DNA of 27,766 bases from Nitrospirota bacterium (GCA_014859105.1 JACUUX010000038.1:1-27766); one strand, 5' to 3'. Counted from the first letter of the stretch, positions 1-7,205 are shown. Numbers and translations: made by a program. The notes: generated from the letters alone by a model not told the origin.

Positions 1-2
1 AA

Positions 3-77
3 TTGATTTCAAAAGGCGAAAAAATAATAGTAGAGTCTGTTTCAGGATTGAAGGTTAAAGTAAAAAAATCAAGTTAA
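3..77 (+). CDS. 3' end of upstream gene, possibly NfeD-family membrane protein C-terminal beta-barrel segment (partial; start lies outside window)
   Basis: Frame 3 is open from the window edge to TAA at 75-77. The translation LISKGEKIIVESVSGLKVKVKKSS resembles the short C-terminal OB-fold tail of NfeD proteins, which are classically encoded directly upstream of SPFH/stomatin genes. Only 25 codons are visible. Confidence 0.35.
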   Translation: MISKGEKIIVESVSGLKVKVKKSS

Positions 78-183
78 TCGGGTTTCTTGGTTTTACTGAG
101 TTTATACAGTTTATCAGGTCTTTTTAACTCAATCAACACGAGAAACTCAAGTAACCGTACAAACTTTTTAAAAGGAGGTAATT

Positions 184-960
184 ATGCCATATATACCACC
201 ATCTTTCATGGGTTTTCTCTTATTAATCTTTCTTATAGTTTATTTCCTTTCAAGTGCGATAAAAATCTTAAAAGAATATGAGCGTGGGGTTGTATTCAGG
301 CTTGGGAGGATTATTCCTGTTAAGGGCCCGGGTCTGGTCATAATCTGGCCGATAATCGATAAACTTGTCAGGGTAAGCCTCCGTATCGTTACTATGGATG
401 TCCCAGCCCAGGATATTATTACCAAGGACAATATTACAGTAAAAGTAAACGCTGTAATTTATTTCAGGGTAATGGGTCCGATTAAGGCCATAACAGAGGT
501 AGAGGATTTTTACTTTGCGACCTCTCAGATTGCACAGACAACCTTAAGGAGTATTCTTGGCCAGAGTCAGCTCGATGACCTGCTTGCAAAGAGGGAAGAG
601 GTAAACGCTGAACTTCAGAAGGTTATAGATTTTCAGACAGAACCATGGGGGATAAAGGTTACTGCAGTTGAGGTTAAGAATGTTGATCTGCCTGAAGAGA
701 TGCAGAGAGCGATAGCAAAACAGGCAGAAGCAGAACGTGAGAGAAGGGCAAAAGTCATCCATGCAGAAGGAGAATTTCAGGCTGCCCAGAGACTTACTGA
801 TGCCGCAACTATTATCGCAACCTCACCATCCGCACTTCAGCTCAGGTTCCTGCAGACATTAACTGAGATTGCTACAGAGAAAAATTCGACAATAATATTT
901 CCTGTACCGATTGACCTTGTAAAGCCGTTCATGGAGAAATTTGGTAAAGAAGTGAAATAA
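184..960 (+). CDS. SPFH/band-7 (stomatin/prohibitin-like) membrane protein
   Basis: 258 aa ORF with a strong SD (aaaggaggtaatt-ATG). N-terminal TM helix, then a typical SPFH core ([34 protein letters not shown] coiled-coil, C-terminal QLRFLQTL). Confidence 0.9.
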   Translation: MPYIPPSFMGFLLLIFLIVYFLSSAIKILKEYERGVVFRLGRIIPVKGPGLVIIWPIIDKLVRVSLRIVTMDVPAQDIITKDNITVKVNAVIYFRVMGPIKAITEVEDFYFATSQIAQTTLRSILGQSQLDDLLAKREEVNAELQKVIDFQTEPWGIKVTAVEVKNVDLPEEMQRAIAKQAEAERERRAKVIHAEGEFQAAQRLTDAATIIATSPSALQLRFLQTLTEIATEKNSTIIFPVPIDLVKPFMEKFGKEVK

Positions 961-1092
961 CATCCAGATTATTAAATAGACCTTTATATGAAAGGAGGTA
1001 GGCATCACATGTATCTCTAAACATCCCGGTTTTAAATTTTTGCATTATATTCGCAAGAAATTAAAAGAGGTGGCGTAGCGGAGGAGTAAGTT

Positions 1093-2364
1093 ATGCAAAA
1101 TATGAATAAAGATTCAAGAAAATATGAAAGAAGGCCTTTTTCTCAGATTATCAATTATTCCATCAGTACACTCGATTCCAAAGAACGAAAGTTGCTGAAT
1201 TTAAAGGGAAATACCTTTGACATCAGTGAAACTGGAGTAGGTATCTATACAGACTATCCTCTGGAACCCGGCCATTTGCTCTGGTTCAATGAAGTGATAG
1301 CAGATAAAGCTGGTTTTGTAAAATGGTGTGCAAAGCTTGACGATGGTTATAGAGTTGGAGTTGAGTTAGAAGTAACACAAGTCAAACGCCTTAATGAAGC
1401 AACGGAAATATTCAATCAGAGACTTGAAGAAATAGAAAAAAGATGTCTCGATCCTGAGGAAAATCCGGAAGAACTTTTACAGGCAACAATTAAAGCTATC
1501 GATGAAGTATTGATTTACTGTAAAGAATTCGAGATGGCAGTGAAAGACAAAGAAATAATTCGTGACGCTCGTACACGCTTCAGAGAAAAAACCAACCCAA
1601 TTTTGTCTAAAAGTTATTGTATAAACCGTGCGCGAACATGGCCTCAGGGATACCAGGGGGATTATAAAACACTGGAAACTGGCTATAAGAATAGCCCTCT
1701 ATCTGAAGGCATAGGATATTATCTTGATTTGTATTTACTGAATGCAGATCTTGCTCATGCTGTAAGAAACAGGATAAAAAAGCTCGAAAACATACTAAAA
1801 GATGAACTACAAAAGAGACAACAACCTTCTGTCTTGAATATTGCATGCGGTTCGTGCCGTGAGGTTTCTACATTAGCGCATGATATTGAAAAATCAGGTG
1901 CTAAATTCACATGTATAGATTTGGACAATGATGCCCTTGCTTTTGCTGCAAGCCGTTTATCGTATACTAATATTTCACCTCTTACATCAAATCAGATTGT
2001 ACTTCGTAAGTACAATGCACTCAGGATGTTCGACGATGAGTTAAATATGAATGAATTCGGAAATCAGGACATCATTTATAGTGTCGGGTTTTTTGACTAT
2101 CTGCAATCTGATTTCCTTGCTAATCTTTTAAAGGCCCTTTACAGACTGCTTAAACCCGGAGGGGTATTAATAACTTCCTTTAAGGATGCAGAAAAATACA
2201 GGTATCATGACTACCATTGGATTGTTGACTGGGACGGGTTTTTGCAGCGTACCGAGGCAGATTTCTGGAGAATATTTGAAGATGCTAAAATTCCAATTTA
2301 TTCAATAACCGAGACACGTGAAGATTCAGGGATAATTGTTTTCTACATAATATCTAAACAGTAG
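1093..2364 (+). CDS. PilZ-domain / class I SAM-dependent methyltransferase fusion protein
   Basis: 423 aa ORF with SD (gaggagtaagtt-ATG). The N-terminus carries the two PilZ c-di-GMP-binding motifs (RKYERRPF as RxxxR; DISETGVGI as D/NxSxGG). The C-terminal half has Rossmann MTase motifs (LNIACGSCRE motif I, CIDLD acidic post-I, LKPGGVLITSF motif II/III). Confidence 0.8.
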   Translation: MQNMNKDSRKYERRPFSQIINYSISTLDSKERKLLNLKGNTFDISETGVGIYTDYPLEPGHLLWFNEVIADKAGFVKWCAKLDDGYRVGVELEVTQVKRLNEATEIFNQRLEEIEKRCLDPEENPEELLQATIKAIDEVLIYCKEFEMAVKDKEIIRDARTRFREKTNPILSKSYCINRARTWPQGYQGDYKTLETGYKNSPLSEGIGYYLDLYLLNADLAHAVRNRIKKLENILKDELQKRQQPSVLNIACGSCREVSTLAHDIEKSGAKFTCIDLDNDALAFAASRLSYTNISPLTSNQIVLRKYNALRMFDDELNMNEFGNQDIIYSVGFFDYLQSDFLANLLKALYRLLKPGGVLITSFKDAEKYRYHDYHWIVDWDGFLQRTEADFWRIFEDAKIPIYSITETREDSGIIVFYIISKQ

Positions 2365-2381
2365 TAAGCTTCTGCTCAAGA

Positions 2382-2439
2382 GGCATCTTGCCGGGTCGAT
2401 TTTAAACAGGTCAGGCAAGATGCCTGTCCTGTTTTTGTC
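2382..2439 (+). terminator. Putative rho-independent terminator downstream of PilZ-MTase gene
   Basis: Inverted repeat ggcatcttgcc (2382-2392) and ggcaagatgcc (2414-2424), followed by the T-rich run tgtcctgtttttgtc. The loop is long (about 21 nt), so the hairpin is atypical. Confidence 0.4.
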
Positions 2440-2494
2440 AGGGTTGCGTCATGCTTCCGTGAAACCGCTCAATAACAAAAATGTTTTTTCGAGG

Positions 2495-2862
2495 AATCGG
2501 TTTTCTCAGTCATTCCGGCTTGTCTGGAATCTTTCTTAGAGACAACCCCCTTTTATCCCCTTTAATAAGGGGGAATCAGAAGGATTCCCGACGCACTTCG
2601 CTTGCGGGAATGACGGGTTAACGTATCAACCATTGGAACGGAGTTCGCTATGAATGCCGGACCAGCAATTCTCGATAAAAAAACTGTAAGATTCTTCAGT
2701 CGCTTCGCTCTTTCAGAATGACATTACGAAACCCCTTGTTGTCATTCTGACTCCCTCTCTCTATCATTCCGAACAAAGTGAGGAATCTTTCCTTTCCGTT
2801 CGGGATAAACTCCGCGAGGAATCTCAATGCCTCGCAAACTCACCGGGAATTGCTGATGCCAG
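2495..2862. repeat. Family-A mosaic MITE-like repeat element, copy 1
   Basis: Module order is M1 (gtcattccggcttgtctggaatc hairpin), M2 (ccccttttatcccctttaataagggggaatcagaaggattcccgacgcacttcgcttgcgggaatgacgg), M3 (atcaaccattggaacggagttcgctatgaat), then M4. M4 is bounded by cagcaattc ... gaattgctg inverted ends and contains gtcattc/gaatgac hairpins. The same modules recur at 21536-21818 (reverse), 25285-25686, 23795-23885, 13853-13915 and 27716-27766. Confidence 0.8.
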
Positions 2863-2953
2863 ACAGTAATTGTTGATTTAAAAATAGTTTTCTTATATTA
2901 TTTAATAAATTAGAGTATTCTTTTAAAGTTTTTTATAAGGTTTGTAAATATAA

Positions 2954-4228
2954 ATGAATAGAAATGTTGTAATTACAGGTATTGGGATTCTCTCTTCCAT
3001 AGGAATCGGGAAAGAAAATTTCTGGGATGTACTATTCAAGGGTAAAACAGGTTTTAAAGAAATAACTCTGTTTGATACCTCTGCTTTGAATGTCCATATA
3101 GCAGGAGAAATTAGTGATTTTGACCCCGTTGCCTTTCTGGGCAAAAAAGGACTCCGTACACTTGACAGGAGCACAAGACTTATAAATTCTGCTGCTAAGC
3201 TTGCCATAGAAGATGCAAATCTGCAAATTACAGAAGAGAATGCTCATCTTACGGGTGTCTCTATCGGAACAACCTTTGGAAGTCTCCATAGTATCTCACA
3301 GTTCGACCGTGAAGGGCTCATCGAAGGCCCTAAATATGTAAACCCATCACATTTTCCGAATACAGTTATAAACTCTCCTGCAAGTCAGGTCTCAATACGT
3401 TTTACGATAAAGGGGTTCAATACGACTATATCTACAGGCTTCTGTGCAAGCCTTGATGCCGTTTCATATGCTGCTGATTTTATAAAATTAAACAGGGCGG
3501 ATGTTGTTCTTGCAGGCGGTGTTGAAGAATTATGCGAAGAGACTTTCCTCGGATTTCACAACCTCGGATGTTTATCGGGATTTGATGGTTCAGAACCTCT
3601 TTGCTGTCCATTTGATGCAAGAAGGAACGGTGTAATCCTTTCTGAAGGAGCGGCTGTCCTAATTCTTGAAGATGAAGAACATGCATTAAGAAGAGGTGCA
3701 AGTATTATGGCAAAGATATCAGGTTATGGTAATTCTTTTGATCCATCACCCCCCTTTAATTCCCCCCTTGGTAAGGGGGGATACAGAGGGGTTGAGGAAT
3801 TCATAGTTGATGGAAAAGGATTAAGAAATGCCATTACCCTCGCCTTACAGGATGCATCTCTCCATCCTGAAAATATAGATTATATTTCTGCATCTGCGAA
3901 CTCAACAAAAGTACTTGACAGAATGGAAACAAATGTTATCAAAGAGGTTTTCGGAAATCATGCTTATAATATTCCGGTGAGTTCGATTAAATCGATGGTT
4001 GGTGAGTCTTTTTCTGCTTCAGGAGCATTGGCAATTGTGGCTGCAATAGGTGCGATGCAAAGAGGAATAGTTTTACCTACAGTTAATTACACTGAAAAAG
4101 ACCCTGAATGCGACCTTGATTATGTTCCAAACACAGCAAGACAGAAACATATAAACAATGTGCTTATAATATCATCTGATCCATATGGCAATAATGCAGC
4201 TATAATATTAGGAAAGCACGATGCATGA
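2954..4228 (+). CDS. Beta-ketoacyl-ACP synthase-like protein lacking both catalytic histidines (CLF/KS-beta-like partner), with in-frame GC-rich element insertion
   Basis: 424 aa with a thiolase-fold KAS N-terminus (MNRNVVITGIGILSSIGIG) and KAS C-terminal signature (PTVNYTEKDPECDLDYVPN). The candidate nucleophile Cys is retained (TGFCAS). The HGTGT His position reads SASANST and the GHxxGAAG His position reads GESFSASG. The stop overlaps the start of the downstream fabZ-like gene (ATGCATGA). Confidence 0.8.
   Translation: MNRNVVITGIGILSSIGIGKENFWDVLFKGKTGFKEITLFDTSALNVHIAGEISDFDPVAFLGKKGLRTLDRSTRLINSAAKLAIEDANLQITEENAHLTGVSIGTTFGSLHSISQFDREGLIEGPKYVNPSHFPNTVINSPASQVSIRFTIKGFNTTISTGFCASLDAVSYAADFIKLNRADVVLAGGVEELCEETFLGFHNLGCLSGFDGSEPLCCPFDARRNGVILSEGAAVLILEDEEHALRRGASIMAKISGYGNSFDPSPPFNSPLGKGGYRGVEEFIVDGKGLRNAITLALQDASLHPENIDYISASANSTKVLDRMETNVIKEVFGNHAYNIPVSSIKSMVGESFSASGALAIVAAIGAMQRGIVLPTVNYTEKDPECDLDYVPNTARQKHINNVLIISSDPYGNNAAIILGKHDA
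3745..3798. repeat. Family-B GC-rich palindromic element inserted in-frame in KS-like gene
   Basis: cacccccctttaattccccccttggtaaggggggatacagaggggttgagg is a poly-C/poly-G hairpin (cccccctt-ggtaa-gggggga) embedded in otherwise AT-rich coding sequence. It encodes PSPPFNSPLGKGGYRGVEE, an insertion relative to the KAS fold. Confidence 0.7.
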
Positions 4229-4712
4229 TCCAGGATGCAAGCAACTTGATTTTGAACAAATAAAAAAACTCATCCCTCAACGTTTTCCCTTCATCATGAT
4301 TGATAAGGTTCTTGAAGTTGAACCGGGTAAACATGCAGTCTCAGTTAAAAATGTTTCAGGTAATGACATATTCTTTCTCGGTCATTTCCCTGATATCGCA
4401 ATCATGCCCGGGGTTGCAATTATAGAAGCCATGGCACAGACTGCAATAATTATGTTTGCTGTCGGGCAAAAAGAAAATAATCCTTCCTCACCCCCCTTTA
4501 GCAAACCAATCTATTTTCTCGGATCAGTTAAAGCAAGGTTCTACCATCCGGTAGTCCCTGGAGACCAGTTAAAAATAAACGCGGTGAACGTAAAATCACT
4601 GCCAACCGGTGCTTATGTATCAGCAGAAGCATTTGTTAATGATAAAAAAGTTTCAGAAGCAGAACTTGTTTTTAGTGTCAAGGAGAAAGGTCAATTATTC
4701 CCTCCCCCTTGA
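4221..4712 (+). CDS. fabZ: 3-hydroxyacyl-ACP dehydratase, FabZ-like hotdog-fold protein
   Basis: 163 aa with canonical FabZ motifs (IPQRFPFIMIDKV; LGHFPDIAIMPGVAIIEAMAQ with catalytic His and Glu). It is translationally coupled to the upstream KS-like gene. It contains an extra SSPPFSKP segment encoded by tcaccccccttt (4488-4499). Its last codons (FPPP-stop) lie inside a GC-rich repeat. Confidence 0.85.
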   Translation: MHDPGCKQLDFEQIKKLIPQRFPFIMIDKVLEVEPGKHAVSVKNVSGNDIFFLGHFPDIAIMPGVAIIEAMAQTAIIMFAVGQKENNPSSPPFSKPIYFLGSVKARFYHPVVPGDQLKINAVNVKSLPTGAYVSAEAFVNDKKVSEAELVFSVKEKGQLFPPP

Positions 4713-4768
4713 CGGAGAAGTACATATTAATCCCCTCCCCATTGACGGGGGAGGGTAAGGGTGGGGGT
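4700..4768. repeat. Family-B GC-rich palindromic element at fabZ-like 3' end and intergenic region
   Basis: ccctccccc ttgacgg ... cccctcccc-attgac-gggggagggtaagggtgggggtg. The hairpin cccctcccc/gggggaggg shares the gagggtaagggtg core with the 7096-7156 element. It overlaps the fabZ-like stop codon at 4710-4712. Confidence 0.7.
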
Positions 4769-4818
4769 GACTAATAATTGAACAGGCTGCAAAATATAGC
4801 TAAAAATCTAATGAAGTT

Positions 4819-4847
4819 TTGACAAATAGTGAGGGGGGTAAGATAAA
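4819..4847 (+). promoter_or_regulatory. Candidate sigma70-like promoter for fabF-like gene
   Basis: TTGACA at 4819-4824 and GATAAA at 4842-4847 with 17 nt spacing. An SD (ggag) lies before the ATG at 4881. Weak -10. Confidence 0.25.
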
Positions 4848-4880
4848 TTTCTTTATTAATAATAAGAGTAATGGAGTAAT

Positions 4881-6128
4881 ATGCTCAACAATCATCGTGT
4901 AGTTATAACCGGTCTCGGTGTTATCTCTTCCATCGGTATAGGCTGGGAGGAATTCTGGGACAATCTTCTCAAAGGGAAATCAGGAATAAGTCCTGTGACA
5001 TCTTTTGATACCACTAATCACATTACTCACAACGGCGGCGAAGTTAAAAACTTTAAGCCTGAAGAATTCATTCCAGAAGAAAAAATTAAATTACTTAACA
5101 GATCATCACAACTCGCCTTTGCAGCAGCAAAGCTTGCAATTGAGGATGCTTATTTGTCCCAAGAAAATTACCCCTCCCCCCTCCCCCTCCCTCAAGGGGA
5201 GGGGGCGAGGGGGAGGGTTGGCATCTGTATAGGAACAACTACAGGGTCGATACAGGCTATTGAGCATATTAATGATAGAATAATCAGTAATAAAGAAATA
5301 GGCAAAGAATTAATAAGTCAACTGCCACCTCATACTACTCCTTCAACGATAGCAAGAGAATTTGATTTAAATGGTCCTAATTTTATGTTTTCCACTGCCT
5401 GTGCAGCAGGCAATTATGCTATAGGTTATGGCTTTGATCTTATACGTTCTAAAAGGGCTGACGTTATTATTGCCGGAGGTTCAGACCCTTTCTCACGGAT
5501 ATCTTTCACAGGGTTCAATCAATTTTCTGTATCTGCTCCTGAAAAGTGTCAGCCTTTTGATAAAAACAGAAAAGGTATGATGGTAGCTGAAGGTGCTGGG
5601 ATTCTTGTTCTTGAATTACTGGAAATTGCTATAAGAAGAAATGCACCTATATATGCTGAGATATCAGGTTATGGTCTAAGCTGTGATGCAGAGCATATGA
5701 CGCAACCTTCTGTCGACGGTATTTCGGAATGTATGATAAAAGCAATGCGTGAAGCTAAAATCGAAACAGAAGATGTAGATTATATATGTGCGCATGGAAC
5801 TGGAACAACTTCTAATGATAAAACGGAATGTGCTGCAATTAAAGAGGTCTTTGGACCACTATATAAAAAAATGCCTGTAAGCTCTATAAAATCAATGCTC
5901 GGACATCCAATGGGTGCTGCATCAGCACTTGAGGCAATTGCATGTGCACTTGCAGTAAAAAATGACATTATTCCTCCAACTATAAATTATGAGACACCCG
6001 ACCCCGAATGTGATATAGATTGCGTTCCAAATAAATCAAGGCAACATCCTGTAAATATAGCTTTGAATAATTCTTATGCTTTTGGTGGGAATAATGCTTG
6101 TTTAGTGGTTAAAAAATTTATAGAATAA
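4881..6128 (+). CDS. Beta-ketoacyl-ACP synthase II-like (FabF-type) condensing enzyme with complete Cys-His-His triad, carrying in-frame GC-rich insertion
   Basis: 415 aa. Active-site Cys in FSTACAAGNYAIG, first His in ICAHGTGTTSNDKTE, Lys and second His in IKSMLGHPMGAASALE, and C-terminal NSYAFGGNNACLVV. Confidence 0.85.
   Translation: MLNNHRVVITGLGVISSIGIGWEEFWDNLLKGKSGISPVTSFDTTNHITHNGGEVKNFKPEEFIPEEKIKLLNRSSQLAFAAAKLAIEDAYLSQENYPSPLPLPQGEGARGRVGICIGTTTGSIQAIEHINDRIISNKEIGKELISQLPPHTTPSTIAREFDLNGPNFMFSTACAAGNYAIGYGFDLIRSKRADVIIAGGSDPFSRISFTGFNQFSVSAPEKCQPFDKNRKGMMVAEGAGILVLELLEIAIRRNAPIYAEISGYGLSCDAEHMTQPSVDGISECMIKAMREAKIETEDVDYICAHGTGTTSNDKTECAAIKEVFGPLYKKMPVSSIKSMLGHPMGAASALEAIACALAVKNDIIPPTINYETPDPECDIDCVPNKSRQHPVNIALNNSYAFGGNNACLVVKKFIE
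5170..5217. repeat. Family-B GC-rich palindromic element inserted in-frame in fabF-like gene
   Basis: cccctcccccctccccctccctcaaggggagggggcgagggggaggg is a near-perfect poly-C/poly-G palindrome. It encodes PSPLPLPQGEGARGRVG, which is not part of the conserved KAS fold. Confidence 0.7.
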
Positions 6129-6152
6129 ATTAACAAGGAGAATAACCTTGGA

Positions 6153-6632
6153 ATGGCTGGAAATATTGAAAAAGAAGCATGTAAGAATATAATTATGAAC
6201 AGCTTTAAGACATATAGCCTTACAACTGATGAAAAACAGGAAATAAAACATCTTATAAAGGCGGAATTAGAAAAACATAATGAAATTGCCTTTGCCTATA
6301 TTTATGGTTCATTTATTGAACCCGAGATGCCTTTTTTCAGAGATATAGATATAGGTATTTACCTCATAGATTATAAAGACGCCGATTGTTTGAAATATGA
6401 AATTGAGTTATCCATTGAATTGGAAAAATGTCTCCAGTACAAATATCCAGTTGATTTAAGAGTTATAAATAAATCAGATATTTTATTTGTGCATAATGTT
6501 ATTCAGGGTGAATTGCTTTTTATAAGAGATGAAGATTTATGGACTGATTTCGTAGTATATGTTTCTTTAAAATACAATGATATAGCCTCTGTATTTAATC
6601 ACTACTTCAAGGAGGCTTATATAGAAAGATGA
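6153..6632 (+). CDS. mntA: Nucleotidyltransferase-domain antitoxin (MntA/MNT family)
   Basis: 159 aa with the minimal nucleotidyltransferase motif (YIYGSF ... RDIDIGIY, i.e. GSx(n)DxD). Its stop overlaps the start of the downstream HEPN gene by 4 bp. Confidence 0.75.
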   Translation: MAGNIEKEACKNIIMNSFKTYSLTTDEKQEIKHLIKAELEKHNEIAFAYIYGSFIEPEMPFFRDIDIGIYLIDYKDADCLKYEIELSIELEKCLQYKYPVDLRVINKSDILFVHNVIQGELLFIRDEDLWTDFVVYVSLKYNDIASVFNHYFKEAYIER

Positions 6633-7048
6633 GTTTGGATAAGGTTAAGATAAAAGCAAGATTTGAGGATATACAAAAGGCTATTGATAGACTTTCTGAG
6701 TTTACAAAGATTGACAAAAATTCATTTCTTTCGAATGAGGATTTTATCCATATAGCCCGTTCCCATCTTCTTATTGCTTCGGAAGCATCTATTAACATCT
6801 GCTACCATATTGCAGCAAAAAGGCTAAAAAGGGCACCAGCCGAATACAGTTCGTGTTTTGAATTATTGCAAAGGCATAAGCTTATATCAGAGGAGTTAGC
6901 ACTCCATCTTATCAAACTAATCGGGCTCAGAAACAGAATGGTCCATCGCTATGAAGAGATAGACTACGGTTTCATATATGACAATTTTAAAGAGATTATA
7001 GAAAACTTTAGAAAACTTATTAATGAAGTCTCAAGTTTGATAATTTGA
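6629..7048 (+). CDS. hepT: HepT-like HEPN-domain toxin (DUF86)
   Basis: 139 aa with the Rx4-6HxY HEPN motif (RNRMVHRY) near the C-terminus. Paired with the upstream MNT-type gene. Confidence 0.75.
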   Translation: MSLDKVKIKARFEDIQKAIDRLSEFTKIDKNSFLSNEDFIHIARSHLLIASEASINICYHIAAKRLKRAPAEYSSCFELLQRHKLISEELALHLIKLIGLRNRMVHRYEEIDYGFIYDNFKEIIENFRKLINEVSSLII

Positions 7049-7095
7049 ATTTGAATATTTTGAACTTGTCCAAAAATGTCATTGACCCGAAAATA

Positions 7096-7205
7096 CCCCT
7101 CACCCTCACCCTTACCCTCTCCCACAAGGGGAGAGGGTAAGGGTGAGGGTGAGGGGTGCAGGGGTGTGTACCCATCCCTTGATGGGAGGGGATAAAGGGG
7201 AGGGT
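7096..7205. repeat. Family-B GC-rich palindromic elements (two hairpins), intergenic
   Basis: 7096-7123 (cccctcaccctcacccttaccctctccc) pairs perfectly with 7129-7156 (gggagagggtaagggtgagggtgagggg), giving a roughly 28 bp stem with a 5 nt loop. A second hairpin, cccatccc-ttgat-gggagggg, lies at 7171-7190. Confidence 0.85.

Noticed and set aside
87-281. 64-aa ORF overlapping the SD and start of the band-7 gene
   Set aside because: Its start would lie inside the 3' end of the upstream NfeD-like gene, it has no SD, and it overlaps a well-supported gene start. Low-complexity translation.
2650-2724. 24-codon ORF beginning at the ATG of repeat module M3 in copy 1
   Set aside because: It runs straight into further repeat sequence and terminates. 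It is almost certainly an accident of the element-borne ATG rather than a gene.
5005-5232. 75-aa ORF encoding PPPSPSLKGRGRGGG inside the fabF-like gene
   Set aside because: Alternate-frame reading through the GC-rich palindromic element. The fabF-like frame is fully supported by conserved KAS motifs.
2954-6128. Anammox ladderane-type fab cluster as an explanation for the extra KS/FabZ genes
   Set aside because: No radical-SAM, extra ACP or other hallmark ladderane-cluster genes are present, and composition and neighbourhood do not suggest an anammox planctomycete. Kept only as a generic specialised-lipid hypothesis.
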